From Hydrurus foetidus (taxonomy: Eukaryota), in contig UYFQ01000367.1 in assembly GCA_900617105.1 (NCBI GenBank), positions 1-57,322 on the forward strand: a stretch of 57,322 nucleotides of DNA. Direction: 5' to 3'. Under the pieces are notes generated by a model. The model did no database searches and was not told where the DNA came from. It was given only the letters and a program-made list of their open reading frames with translations. This document shows, piece by piece, positions 1 to 13,313 of the stretch. Numbering within the stretch: position 1 is the stretch's first letter; the number at the start of each line of letters is the position of its first letter. Both the position numbers and the translations under genes were made by a program.

Positions 1-1797
1 GTGGCATAAAAATCCATCTACTACACGTAGAAAGGATATCAGAACTCCAACAGTTAAATGGATGCACCTGATGTATCAGATAGGAGCCACATTATTACAA
101 GCATGTATAGTTCTCCCTCCCGCTGATGAAAAGGCCGGACCTCATCACTTTATGAAATTCAATCCATACTGTATTGACGGGGTGACGGAAAAATACATTC
201 CCTCAACGAGACCAGGACACTATTGGTCTCAAAGGACATGTGTTAGTGAATATGCGGAAGTAATTAAACGTCTTGATCAATACATACAATTCAATGAAGT
301 AATTAATAATACGTTATTCATTGATACAGTTTTGCATGCAATCATATTCGACTTTGTCGCATTTGCTGGACAACATGTTAGGTATTACCATGAGAAATTA
401 ACTCTGGATAAAGAAGACTTATTAAGAAGAATACTAAAAATGGATATACTAAAGGAAAATGATCCATCATTTGTTATGTTTGGAATTAGAGATGCCTTCC
501 TAGTAATAGCAAGACTAGAAAGACCAATCAATGACTTGGTAAAAAGAACACCGTCATCAAAATTAACGAATGAATTAGATGAATTAATACACTCACTTCA
601 ATCGTCAAAAGAATTGGTCAAGAAACCAATGATAACAGTCTTATATGACAGAGCTCAATCACCTATTTTTGATGTAGATGTAGTAACAAGAACAACTGAA
701 GAATTGTCTCCAATGTATGTACATACATCAGATCAAAGTGGAAGTGAAAATGAATCAAGCGATATGTCATATGATAGAGTTGATATTCCTGATAGTCCAA
801 TATCAATGGACTCTATTAAATCACCTCCATTTAATATTGAAACACCGAAATACATTGAATATGTTGGAGGTGTAAGAATTGTAGATTATGATAAGCTTGG
901 AAAATACAGAAAATTAAAGGGTTATGATGTGAATCAACCGGAACCAGAGCCAAATTTAGATAGTAATATAAATGAAGGTGAAGAACATGTAGTATATAAA
1001 GATGCAATAACAGAATTTGAAAAAGATATTAGTGATGATGAAGATGATGAAAATGCAAATGAAAATGTGGAAGAAAGACAAATTAGATATAAAAATCAAT
1101 TTGAAAGTTTAGTCAAAGAACATGAGTCAAAGAGACTAAAATTGAATGAATCTGAAGATATTGACAAAATGAGTGAATCAAATGAAATTCGTGATAATAC
1201 GAGTACACCACCAATAGAAAAGCAATAGAAATCTTTAAGAATAAATCATAATATAAAATCAATGAAAATGCAAGGACAAATAATATTCGATTCTGGCGCG
1301 TCAACATGTGCCACTTCTGATCCTACACTCCTACGTCACATAATATATGGTCAGGGTATCAAAGCAACTCCAGCTTTCGGTCCCGCCATAGAATCAAAAG
1401 CGACAGGACTATATGGACCATTAGGTCTCGACATTATACTTATGGAAGGGATGAAAGAAACACTAATTTCAATCTCCCAACTATGTAATGGCGGAATATC
1501 TGGATCACAAAATGTTGTGATATTTACATCAGAATGAATGAGATGTTTTTCAATCGAATCTATTAGAGAAGCATTAGCATTAATAGATAAATTAGGAGTT
1601 GAAATTATTCGTGGATACATATCAAATGGTGTCTACGTATATAACCAAAATGAAGAGAAATCTATCAGTAAAGTTGTCACTAACGAAGATATAGTTAAAA
1701 AAGCACCTTTTCCTGTTTGTAAAGAAACAATCTTAAAAAATAATAAATCAGCAACATTATATTTGACACAATTTAAACCCGTGTCTTTATATGATCA
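1..1797 (+). pseudogene. Degenerate Copia-like polyprotein fragment (uncharacterised upstream region, aspartic protease, start of pre-integrase region)
   Basis: ORFs 62..1228, 1262..1537 and 1538..1831 are all in one frame, broken only by TAG (1226-1228) and TGA (1535-1537), and the frame is open to the window edge. It contains the Copia-type protease motif IIFDSGAS, then 'TLISISQL' and 'GVYVY'. Similarity stops at 'SLYDH', where the integrase zinc finger would begin. Confidence 0.6.
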
Positions 1798-1800
1798 TGG

Positions 1801-3448
1801 AGTCAATCTGCAGCAGAGGTGTCCCAAATAGTCTGTGATACTGAGGCCGAGGTACTCCACATCCTGAGTGAAGTAATAGCACAGGTAAACAGAACATAAT
1901 AACTAATGCTAGACAACTATGTGACATGGTTTTCAGCGTTTTAATTAATTAACACATATTTCAACCACTTAAACTTAGGTTCATGAAAATCGTGAATGGA
2001 TGGATCATGTAACAATAAAAATGCGAAGTTTAACTACTGCAAAACAGGAAGAATTTAAATTTATAGTAAATTGCTTTTTTGAAAACAACAATAATGATGA
2101 TGAACAAATTGAATCATTCAATATACCAAATGCAACCTTCAACGCTCTAATAGGTAATGAATCGCAGAGCGATGTAGTTGTTTCCGGAGAAGAACTTAGT
2201 ACGGTATCAAATGAAACCATAGTCACAAATATTAATACAGCACCTTTATTTACTGAAAACATAACAATTAATAACACACAGCAATATTCACCGACCAACG
2301 AAAATAATAACTTAAATATAACAACAAATAATATGCAAGGACTCGGACAAGCAAATAATACAGCGTTAGCGACGATAACAACATTAGAAGAAGTAACAAA
2401 AAGTAATAAGCAAAGAGTAAATAGATTTAGGCAAACAAAAACAAAATTTACCCCATACAATATAACAATTACAATAAGAAACAGGAATACATGCACAATT
2501 CCGGTAACAACATTTTTCAGTTCCGCAAGCCAGCCAAGAATTGGTCGTGGGCAAAACTTAACAAGAATTGCTAAAGTAAGAACAGACGAAGAGCTTGTGA
2601 GTGACGAAATCGATTTATATATAAATCATTTAAATCACACACACAAATTGGCGAAAATAACAGACGTTATAATATTAAATGTAGATTTTTATATAATGGC
2701 ACTAAGATACGTAGTACAAGGAAGGGATGAATTCAATGCACCACAATTACAACAGCCAACGGGTACAGAAGAATATGGTGAATTAATACCAAAATATCCG
2801 CTAATAAAACCTTACGACGAAGAAAATGAAATTAGATGCACAACCGTAATTGGACATTTCCCGAAAAAAGAAGATTTTAAAAATTTTCAAAAGGTACGAT
2901 AATAAATCAGAATGTTCCTCGATAAATAATCAATTGACAATTCAAGCTAATTTCTGATTTCTTACGCGATAACGTTATCACAGATTATGTTCCCAATCCA
3001 ATCAGACGGACACTGGATCCTCGTTGTAATCTCATTAAAATACAAACAAATAATGATGTGCGATAGCTTGGATAATAACAAATTGCCGATCAGATGTGTG
3101 GAGGATACAGTTTCATTTCTACGGTACTACTATCCGGAAATTCCGGAATCAGACTGGAGATACGATACCTTAAACGCAGCAGACAAATTCCAAAATTTGG
3201 AACTTAATACTGACTGTGGCTTTCACATATTAAACTTTATGCATGCGGCACTTAAAAATGCAAGAATACCACTATTACATGAAACCTTTAATGAATTCAA
3301 GGCACGTACTGATAGAATATTGCATGACTTGACAAAACCTGCACATGTTTTAATAACATCTTCTTCAGTCGGAACAACACAAGAACAAAATGAAGAAACA
3401 CCACAAGAACATGTAAATAGAAGAAACACCACAAGTACCATCGCGTGA
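1801..3448 (+). CDS. Spliced Ulp1/C48 SUMO-protease-like gene, 5'-truncated, probably transposon cargo
   Basis: Motifs FPIQSDGHWILV (His), CDSL (Asp) and TDCGFH (Cys). GT-AG introns 1885-1978 and 2894-2983 join the ORFs in frame (…KNFQK|IMFPIQ…). Confidence 0.7.
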
Positions 3449-3956
3449 AACTGTCAATAATTTGGATGAAATATAACATAGTGTATCAATAATTCATTAA
3501 TTAAATTGTCTTAAACTAGAAATGTAATAATAGAAAACTCTCAAGTAATAATCAAAAAAATAATTTTATATAATTTTATACTCAATTTTTTTGCACTATT
3601 GCACTACACATCCTGTGTTCAGAAGCATTCAACTGAGAAATGTTGGACATTGAATTACTGTTATCCGGTATGCACATTCTGTATTCCGTATCCAAATCCA
3701 GGTTGGGGCTTTATCCCCCACAAGGCACGTAGATACGAGCCCCCCCACAATAATAAAAACACCTTTGGCACGCCATATTTCATCGCCGCAACCAACCCGC
3801 AACGACAGCATCAGGAATGAAGGGTATTGTTCACTGTGCTTCCAGTTTCCAAATTCCTCGTAAGTACCGACAGTCTGTGGTTTATCTGTTCGGATCGCCT
3901 CAGGACTATCGTACTGAGAAAATTTATTTGAGTTGAAAATGCACTGCTAGACGAAA

Positions 3957-6900
3957 ATGACAGTATCAGACAGTAGTGTCGCATACTTAGGAACAACTCC
4001 ACCCGTATCCCTTGCATTTCCGAGTCATGCGGAGAGTCTTCACAATGCCGAAATGGAATTGGTGATGAAGTCCGGTGGTGATATTTATGAATCTGCTGAA
4101 GGTCAGCATGGTCGAGAGAAAGTCATCAAAAAGCTGAAGGCGATATTGCTAGACTGGGCATGTTGTATTGGTAGGGCGAAGAATATACCGGAGGCAGTAT
4201 GCACCAGCGGCGGAGGCATTCTCCTCAAGATATTTGGCAGTACTCGCCTTGGTGTTCATACACCCGACGCTGACATAGATTCGCTGTGTATAGCCCCATC
4301 CTTCATCGATAGAGGAGATTTCTTCACCAACTTCTGCACCATGCTGAAAAGCCGAACCGATATTGGAATGCTTTCAGCAGTTCCGGAGGCGTATACTCCT
4401 GTCCTTAAGTTTGTCATCGATAACGTTGCGATCGATATGATATTCGTGAGTTTGGGTACCCAGTCGATCCCCAGTGACCTGGATATCCTAAATACTAAGT
4501 GCCTGAAAGGTATAGACGAACAAGGGGTTAGAAGTTTGAATGGGTGCAGAGTTGCGGAATGGATATGCCGCCTCGTTCCGAACTTCCTTAATTTTTGCAC
4601 GACACTACGCTTCATTAAACACTGGGCGCGGCAAAGAGCTCTGTACTCGAACGTTCTAGGTTTCTTAGGGGGAGTGAATTACGCAATCTTGACTGCGTTT
4701 GTGTGTCAAAGGTATCCTAATGCATGTCCGGTTACACTCGTCAGAAAGTTTTTCTTGATGTACACGCAATGGCGATGGCCCAACCCTATCATGCTCACTG
4801 GCATAGAGGAGCTACCTCCAGCTGAAACTGACGGCAGGTACCTTCCAGTCTGGAACCCGAAGATCTACCCTAAAGATGGAACACATTTAATGCCGATCAT
4901 AACGCCCGCATATCCAGCCATGAACTCCAGTTACAATGTTGGACTTCCTCAATTCCGTTTACTGCAGGTACCAAACCTAGAAGTGAATGATGCAAAGTGA
5001 ATAGGAATTTTGAAGACTCGAAATATCAACAACTTATCGAGTATTATCTTACGGCCAGGAGGAAATACAGCGAGGACAAATGATTCTTCAGGATAATAAA
5101 TTGTTTTCTACTCCCTTTCCTTGGAGTCTGCTTGCTGCGTCAGCGGTGGGGGATTTCTTTCTCTGTGCACCACGGTACATTCAGGTAACACTGGTAGTTT
5201 AAGGTTCTGATTATTCCATCCTGAAAGAACGAAACGACATCCATAAAATACTTATACGTGCATTATCATTGGATGTTGGCATTTACATTGCTTCCTCTTT
5301 GATGCGGTCCACTGCAGGTGGACATCTCCGCAAGCAATGTCGATGACCACAGAAGCTGGTAAGATACCTGCAAATGGAAACACAAGCGATATTGACAATT
5401 GCTGGCTACTCACGATACTGACGTAGCATCAGTATTTCTTTCAGTGTAAGAAAAATCCATCAGTACCTCGCTGCTTCATGTATCATTTGATATCATAAAC
5501 ATACCCACTCTCAGGTTTGGTTGGTGTGAATCTCGTCTACGACCGCTTATTCTGTCCCTTGAGCAGGTGTGTCAAAGCATTTGCCAAACTCCTGACACAT
5601 TCTGCTGCTGCATTGCCTATTGCGCTCATATTGACAATGCTGAAACTGACCGTCTTTCTTCTCTTCGTCTACCATCTGTGCAGCCACCTATGATATTCTG
5701 TCATCCGCAAGCAAAGTTTTTTCACAGAAAGGTCATATGTAGAACTTCACCGAATGCATCCAGCGACAGCATGCAGTATGCGCATGACTGTACAGACTCC
5801 GAGAGTGTGTACATGATGAAGGAGACTACTTCCGCTGCTGCTGTGCGGGTCATGGACGAATCAAATCTCCACAACTCCTCCTTCGAGGCGGTCCCGCAGT
5901 CTGGGGAAAGCGGATGTCATTTCAGGACGCCTTCGAAAACTTTCTACGTCTCTTCAATATTCATCGGTCTATCCTTCTGTAATCAGAATATGAAATCAGC
6001 AGACGTCACACCCTCCATCCTCGATTTCATTTACAGAGTAAATATTTACGAGGGCAAGAGAGCTTCGATGGGAATAAATGTCACGGTAAGCTTAATGAGC
6101 CGCTTTATATTGCTCCATCAACCGTTTTGTAGATTTCCTCATTTTCTTCCTCATCTCAATACGGCGCACTACAGCCTCTCACTCCTCAGGAAATTCCACA
6201 TTTCGCTCGAGAAGCGCCACCCTCTTCGTCATGCACCACATCCCAACAAGGTAGTTTTTTTTTGCAGTTTTGTCGCTTAACTTTCCTTAAGGTGAATGAT
6301 AAAAAAAAAACACAAATAATAAAGGTGCTACTGAAGCCGAGGAGCCTGAAGGCTGTGCAGACGTTGGCTCACGGAGTGAAGGAGATACTAATTATTACTC
6401 GGACGTAAGTTCTGGGGCGTCATTAGCTGCAACAGACATTTACGAATCTAACAGAGAAGTTGAGCAGACAGCCGATGTTTATCATCAATCTGTGGCCTCT
6501 TCGACCAATCACTTGAAGCAGGAAGGGCTCCAAAATCATCCTACAGTGAATGAGAAGAGCACTCAGCAATATTGGTTTGCCGAGGTGCCAGAAATCGCGA
6601 CTTCCCGTCTTATCTTCAGTCGCCCAGGTGATGTCAAAAATGATAGCACTTCCAGCAGTAGCTGCATCCATACAGAGGCTTTAAGTCATCTTGCAAACCC
6701 TCAAGGGCGTCAACTCTTCGCCAGTGGCTCCTGCGACGTTGGTGTGAGTCAGCAGAGCAGTGTCGTTGAATACCCAATAGACTCAAACGCTAAGAGAAAG
6801 CAGTATTTGGAGCAGACAAGCAGCGATCAAGAGTCTTCTGTGAAGGAGGGAGAAGCGCGTAAGAGTCAAGATGCAGATCGAATTCCTCGACAACCTCTTA

Positions 6901-7055
6901 CTTCACTCCCACATTGGACCGAGACAACTTCGGGTACTGATAACGCCATCGGATATCCACTTCTCTCAGAAAATTTGAAACAAGCCGATGCTGTAACTAG
7001 ATCGCCCCAAAAACGAACCAGGAAAGAAATCCATTCTTGTGGTCATCATCCTTGA
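3957..7055 (+). CDS. PAP: Canonical nuclear poly(A) polymerase, multi-exon
   Basis: FGSTRLGV, DADID, LNGCRV, GFLGGVNYA, MPIITPAYPAMNSSYNV. First intron 4968-5058; later exons give EEIQRG… and WFGWCESRLR…. The low-complexity C-terminal tail to 7055 has less certain exon boundaries. Confidence 0.93.
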
Positions 7056-7350
7056 TATCGCGAAGATGATATTGACTAAGGCAAGTTAAAAATGGCGGTA
7101 TATGTGATCGAAGCCCAACTTTTGTTTGTTCCCGCAAAATCCTCAAATAGTGGTATTTAAATTACTGTTTCACAGAACGGACGACTCTTCTTTTGAACAT
7201 CCATCGCTATCAGAAAATAGGTTTCGAGGATTTTTTTCTCTCTGTGGAACCAGGCTTCACAGTAGGATACTTGACGTAGATCGTATGCGATGATTACGGC
7301 CGACAGAATTTATATTACAGCAGATCAGGGCGGGCTGCCTGTCAAGATCG

Positions 7351-8136
7351 TTAACCTCCTCGATTCCTCGTACTTTTCGAGCTTTTTTGAATTCGACTTT
7401 GGGCTAGCATGAAAGCTTCATCGGAGATATCGTTACTGAAGGTAAGCTCCGCACCGCCATATTTAGCCATAACAGCGGCGACGCCATTGACTCTGCTCGT
7501 TTTTCTTGAGAGTATCAAAGCCGCAAGATCCGCTTCTGTATCAGTTCCATTCGCGACTTTTCGTTTCTGTTTTGAAGGTTTCAGAGCAGCCTTTCTTATT
7601 TTGCTTCTCCATTTCTCGTAGTCCTTTGTAACAACCAGATCTCCGAAAGCTATGATACCGTCAATAGTATCACATAGTCTGATTTCTTCCCCAATTTCAG
7701 CAAATATAACCGTATCCATGATTTTGTCCAAGTTACCAATAAATTTGTTGTAAGCTGATATCAAATCTTGTCTCTCCTCCTCAGATCCCTTATAAGTAGC
7801 AGCAAATTCCTCTAACTTGGTTACTGTCAATGTAGGAAATAATTTGCGAAAATATTCATATGAGTCGTCGTAGCTTCCGTCATTGCACTCATCATCAGCT
7901 GTTCCATCAGCATCATAAATTTCTCTTTTTCCTGAATCTGATAAGGTTGAGTGAACTACCGAAAGCGCTTTGAACTTTTCCGCGTCTCCACCGATCCGAT
8001 CGGGATGATAGATCAATGCCAGCCGTCTGTATGCGCGCCTTACTTCGTCTCCAGAAGAAGATTTGTCAATATTGAGAATTTCATAGTAGCTTTTCTGGCC
8101 GAATGCTTCACTAACGAATCGTGAAATACTATCCAT
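7351..8136 (-). CDS. DNAJC9: DnaJ-domain protein, DNAJC9-like
   Basis: J-domain YYEILNI…YHPDR, followed by 'YKGSEEERQDLISAY' typical of the DNAJC9 family. ATG at 8136. Confidence 0.85.
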   Translation of the reverse strand: MDSISRFVSEAFGQKSYYEILNIDKSSSGDEVRRAYRRLALIYHPDRIGGDAEKFKALSVVHSTLSDSGKREIYDADGTADDECNDGSYDDSYEYFRKLFPTLTVTKLEEFAATYKGSEEERQDLISAYNKFIGNLDKIMDTVIFAEIGEEIRLCDTIDGIIAFGDLVVTKDYEKWRSKIRKAALKPSKQKRKVANGTDTEADLAALILSRKTSRVNGVAAVMAKYGGAELTFSNDISDEAFMLAQSRIQKSSKSTRNRGG

Positions 8137-8726
8137 GCTGTAAGATCGTCGACAAAAATGCTGGGCTTTCCCCAACAGGTGAGATCACTTGGTGGCAAAT
8201 CGAACTGTGGCTGCAGTTGCGGTCCAATGCAACAGCAGAATATGCTGCGGAGAGGAGAGAATAGTGAATTGGGGGACAAACCTTTATGGTGGTTCCACCT
8301 CTATACCGTCGAGTGCCATATGTTTCACAGGTAGAACGAAGGGAAGGTGAAGGGAAGGTGTCGGCTTTTTATTTCCGGTAAATTTCCTTCATGAAGGAAA
8401 TGTCCTTTCATGAAGGAAATTCCATTTGAAACCTTCGAAGGCATTTCCTTTCGCAAATGATGTCAGAGACATTCACTTCAAGTGATCGAGCATTTGCAAA
8501 CTATTTCTGAAAGTTTCCCTCAAATGTTCGTGCATTTGCAAATATTTTGTAGAAAAATTCATTTGACGGTTTTTCCGGTCGAAGGTTCTTTTCTCCGACC
8601 GAAGCACTCGGAGGAAAGACATATTGAGTAGCAATAATAGATTTAAATTTCAAAAGTTTTGATTTAATGACAATTAAAGCATAACAGTAAAGCAATCGAC
8701 TTTTATGGTCAGGCAAGCACATCTAG

Positions 8727-8988
8727 TGTGGTCTGACGGCGGGGCCTAGGACGGAAGGCGAAGTTGGAACGGGGAAAGGACGGAAGGCGTGGACAAGCGG
8801 ACGTGGAGTCAAGGTGATAAAGACTTGTATTAATATCTTACAGATAAATAGATGAAGGTGATGTGTACGCTAAGAGCACTCACGTCATATATGGAACTAA
8901 GACCTAAAAGTGGAATCTGGGCGTAATATACCTATTGTACCTAGTAAACCTAGACACATTGTATCCATAGGGATGCAATAAGGCTACA
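8727..8988 (-). repeat. Putative 3' LTR of a chromovirus (Gypsy) fragment
   Basis: On the minus strand a polypurine tract GGAAGAAGGGGTAG (about 8989-9002) directly precedes TGTAGCC…; the far end is …GACCACA, an imperfect terminal IR. Confidence 0.6.
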
Positions 8989-9198
8989 CTACCCCTTCTT
9001 CCTTATTTCAAAATCCACACGAATGTGTGATATATAAAAAAATGAAAGAAAAGTACATGTATATATATATATTGTATGAAAACTTGAAACGATTATGTCA
9101 GACTTTTACTGACTAAACTCTCCAAAAAAGACCTTGTAGGTAAAAAAATGGGAGAGAATCCTCATGGATAAAGTTTCAAGGATATATGTATATAAAAG

Positions 9199-9780
9199 TC
9201 AACGGTGTTGTTTATTGATTAAATTAGTCATGTTATTGTGACGTAAATAATCATGAAGCTTAACAACATCACGAAGATTTGAGTAAGGTTCCCAAGTGTT
9301 TTTGTCAGAAGGGTAATTTAACCATTTGACTAAAAACTCTATGTGGGTGCGTTGATGTTTACCACGATGATCAAGGATATCTTCAACAAAGTATTCCATG
9401 TGGTCTCGTCGTGCAACATCTAACGGATTTGTGATTGATGGGCCAAATAGAAAAGGTTTCATGGCAGAGACATGAAATTCTGATGTTTTCTGAGTGACGA
9501 GATCATATAGGGTGTAACGCGAATTTTCGCCACTAACGACTTTTAATGGACCTCTCCAATGCGTGTGAGGACGTGAAGGAGGGGATCCATCGCGATAGTG
9601 CACCAAGACATAAGAGTCTTTTGGGTACTCTACATGCTGAAAAATTTGAGACTGACTTTGATGAAGCAAATCTGTGCGAAGAAGCTCTTTAGGGTGCATC
9701 AGTGGTGCATCTATCACCCCTGGATCATCTGCGATCGCGCCGATCTCATGAAAATCAGCTTCTGCTGGCTGCTCCAACAT
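9199..9780 (-). pseudogene. C-terminal fragment of Gypsy integrase (GPY/F region) plus chromodomain
   Basis: 'HWRGPLKV…FHVSAMKPF' followed by the chromodomain 'YFVEDILDHR…EFLVKWLNYPSDKNTWEP'. Confidence 0.85.
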
Positions 9781-10980
9781 TTACAGTAGACTCTGGAAAT
9801 TCCATTTTGCGGCCGATGGAAAAAAATTGATGGCCAGAGTTTGAGTCATTGGTTAGTAGTGTAGTTCGTTTTGGGAAGGAGGATGTCAGATGTTTGATTA
9901 CAAACCCTCAGAGGAGGATGCCCTCGAAAGATTTTCTTTGAGTTGAGGATGGTTGATAGGGGCTTCCCTTGCAAGTGACTGGCGGATTTCTTCTTTCGAG
10001 GGCAAAAGCATTCGCAAATGATTGCTGGAGAATATCAGTCGAGGGTTGCAATCCTTCGACTGATATACTCCACCGAATCATTCGAAGGTAAATCCGTTCG
10101 GAACTGATTTCCGTATTTTTTCATTTGACGGAAAATCTTTTGAAAATGATCGTCAAAGGCACGGATTTACCCCTCACCTTTCGTCTTCATGCGAAAAATG
10201 GACGAAAGCATTTGCCTTCGTTCTACCTGTGATATGTTTTGTATTTGAAAAGGGCGTCAGGCTTTATTTTTACACTGAAAATCACGGAAAAGAAATTTCT
10301 ACGGGAAAATACTATCTCCTCGAATACTGCGTTTAATATAAATCTGACTCCAGCAGAATTTCGGATTCTGCTGGAGCTTCGGATTCAGCAGAATTTTCTA
10401 ATGAATTTGGTCTATTTGAATTTCTATGCTTAGCTTTCATTATTGAAATATTCACCGCCGGCGGTACCGAACATGGTAAAAATCACTTTTTTGACCCCAA
10501 ATTGCACCTTAACCTGACTTCGTAGGTAGGGTATCATCATATATTGATCTGTCCGAAATTCTCTCGAGAATATGGAGACCAGAAGCAAATCAGACGCTCC
10601 TCATAAACCATCAAAATTCTGGCGAAAATGTCACTTTTTTGGTCATTCTGGTTAAAACGGAAAACAAAACATACGGCACTCGACGGTATAAGAGATAACA
10701 AATAATACGGAGCTAGAATTGCAGGGATATGACCGTATTCCTGCAGTCCCAGAATGGTATTAGGGGGTCTCATTTTGGGGGGTCCCGACTATCCGGGGGG
10801 TCTAATGTGGTTTCGACGATATTGGGGGTCTAATGGAGTCTGGGTGAATCCCAGTGGGGGGCACAACCGTCCTCAGGGCACAACCGTCCCCGTCTACCGT
10901 TACTCAACACTGTATGCAGCGTTCAAGCACAGCAGCACGACATCGGCTACAGGTATCACACCAAAATTCTGAGAGTACCA

Positions 10981-12745
10981 CTAGGTGAGAAACGACAGGC
11001 CAGTTCTGGGAGTGCTTGAAAATTTATCATTTAATTTGCGTGCTTTTTTTCCTGATTTGAACGCTTTAACCACGGCCTCCAAATTTTCGATTCGAATGCC
11101 CACTCGGGTTGGGACTTTCGAGGAGGAGGAGCTTGAAGAATTAGTCAGAAATTGTTTGTTTTGTCTGCTGCATTCCACCTCCAAAGCATTGGGTTCTGCT
11201 TCTTGTTGTGCTCTTTCATTTTCCTCCCTTTTAATATCGTTAGCTGCATTGATAATCCTTGCACGAGCCACATCTAGAGGAACCAGCTGCATATCAATAA
11301 TCCTTTGACGAGCAGCAGTTATCGGTACCCTTCTTTCCCGGAACTCATCCTCAGAATCACTAGTGTCTTGGGTTACCTCATTAAATACCTCTGGGATACT
11401 CTCTGACTCATTTGCAATGTTGAGTTTTTTCACCGCTGATTGAGCAACTTGATTGCGGACGGCATGAGTGACAATTGTTGGTTTTGTAATTGTTTGGATA
11501 GTATTCGAGGGTCCAGTAGGTGGAGCGTAACGGACGGATGGTGCGGGGGAAGGTTGTATAGTAGGCGCAAGGGTAGGTGAAAGGACTTTGGCATACTCGT
11601 TCATGATATTATTCCAGTGGGCGGTCTCCTCCTCAGTATTGACAGCTCTAATGACCATAATAACTGCTATATTGAAGCTGTGAATGAGCTCCTTCCGCTT
11701 TAATTGATTCTTGAGGAGTTAAGCAGCTGGTGATATCAAAGTTGTAGACACCAACTCCATATGGACCAAAGATGATGAAGAAAAGCATGGCCGATGGGAA
11801 GAAGTTGTTCAACGCAGGTGTCTTGACCTTTCTCAGAGATTTCATGGCCTCTACTTCCTCGGCCTCACCATCCTCGTCCTCGGCATCCTCGGTCTCCTCA
11901 TCATCATTATCATTTTCGCCTAAGTAAAATAGTTTCATGCGTAAAATAAATTTTGCCAGCGTTTTCCCTGTAAATTGACTTGGTTTTAAGGATAATGAAC
12001 ATCAACGGACTTTGCGAAATCATCCATATGTCAAAATAAATGTCAAAACGCATACAAAAATGTGATGGGACAACTTACAACCTAGCTTACCTTTATCTTG
12101 CTCCTCTTCATCATCATCACCAACGACCTCGGAAGAGGTAAGCAAAACGGCTCTCTTCATCACAAATTGCAGAGCGTTATCCTCATTCATTCCGCTGGGC
12201 ATTTTGCCATCAACGAGGAACTCCATCCACAGCGCCAAATATTTCTTCGCCTCCAAAATGCATGCTTTCGCTTTGTCATGAATCTGACGCCCGGTGATAA
12301 GGTTCCTTTTACTCAGCGTGGGTACATGAATGTAATGACTAAGTTGGGCATGAGTTAATCCCGATAGATGACCATATCCACTCGCAATTCTCCCATCATT
12401 CCATAACACCCCGAATCTTCCGTTGCCCTCGAGAAAATTGGCGGCTATTCCAATGTTGTCCTCGTCGAATCCATGATAAAATTTGTAACAGAGATCACGA
12501 ATTCCATCCATGCTGTCAGTGTTTCCTACGAGAACGGAATTGTAGGAGGCGGCCGAGATCAGAAAGTAAAATGCTTTCTGTTGCTTGCTGTTGATAGGAG
12601 CTGGCGGATTAATTTTGGCGGAAACTTTGAGAGGTTTCATCTCATTCTTGGCTCCAGATGGTTCCTTGATGTTGGCCTTCGTCAACTTCGGCTTCTTGGA
12701 AGATCGCGATGGATTTATGTGACTTGGAGCGTCGGATCGCTTCAT
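10981..12745 (-). pseudogene. Harbinger accessory (non-transposase) gene of element A, spliced and frameshifted
   Basis: ATG at 12745; intron 11920-12090 restores DKG|EN; frame break near 11650-11690. Shares 'G.GR..VLW.D…IH.PTLS.R..I.GRQ…KAKACI…PSG.NE..AL' and 'GPYGV..Y.F.I' with the element B gene. Confidence 0.65.
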
Positions 12746-13031
12746 CGTGAATATAAAATATTTTGAATATTTGTGACGAGTATGTTCAAGCAACTGCAAT
12801 TGGTTTTGGTTTTTGGAGACTACGTAACAAACGAGGACCACACGAAATACATTGTTGATTCAATTTCGTATTTCGTTGCATCATAACAAACGAGACCTTA
12901 CGTAATACGAAATACGAAATCTAGTTTTGTATTTCGTATTTCGTTGCGTCATAACAGACGAGACCTTACGTAATACGAAATACGAAATCCTGTTTTGTAT
13001 TTCGTATTTCGTTTTACCATATGGATCGGCC
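10981..13031 (-). mobile_element. Harbinger-type element A (left-truncated): accessory gene plus right TIR
   Basis: Ends CCATATGGATCGGCC followed by TTA. Has 68-bp subterminal tandem repeats (12882, 12950). Its ORF is homologous to the accessory gene of adjacent element B. No left TIR was found. Confidence 0.7.
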
Positions 13032-13313
13032 TTAGGTCGGTCCTAGTGGAGTACGAAAACCGAAAACGAAATTTCCTGTTTTGTACCCTGGACTTGGACC
13101 CTCGATTGTAGTGGAGTACAAAAACAGAAAACGAAAAAAAAAGTCGATTCTCCAGATTCAGCACGGTAAGAAATCCTTGAACTAGGACGAAATTCTCACA
13201 CTTTTTTGTATCGCTCTTGTAGAGGTACGGAATTCGAAATATTTTATTTACAATAGTAATAACTCGCCCTACTCACTATCAAATCGACATCTGAAGATTG
13301 ATTTGAGTTAGAG

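Larger units (their letters stand above)
8326..10231. mobile_element. Non-autonomous TIR DNA transposon with 8-bp TSD (hAT- or P-like)
   Basis: 17-bp perfect TIR CACAGGTAGAACGAAGG / CCTTCGTTCTACCTGTG. TSD ATATGTTT at 8318-8325 and 10232-10239. Subterminal 20-bp palindrome at 8382-8401. Confidence 0.88.

Noticed and set aside
10340..10980. Short hairpin (about 10348-10376), GGGGTCT repeats and a GGGCACAACCGTCC duplication
   Set aside because: Probably transposon debris, but no paired TIRs or TSD could be defined.
12841..13016. Palindromic 68-bp repeats resembling a CRISPR array
   Set aside because: No unique spacers, no cas genes and a eukaryotic context; these are subterminal repeats of Harbinger element A.
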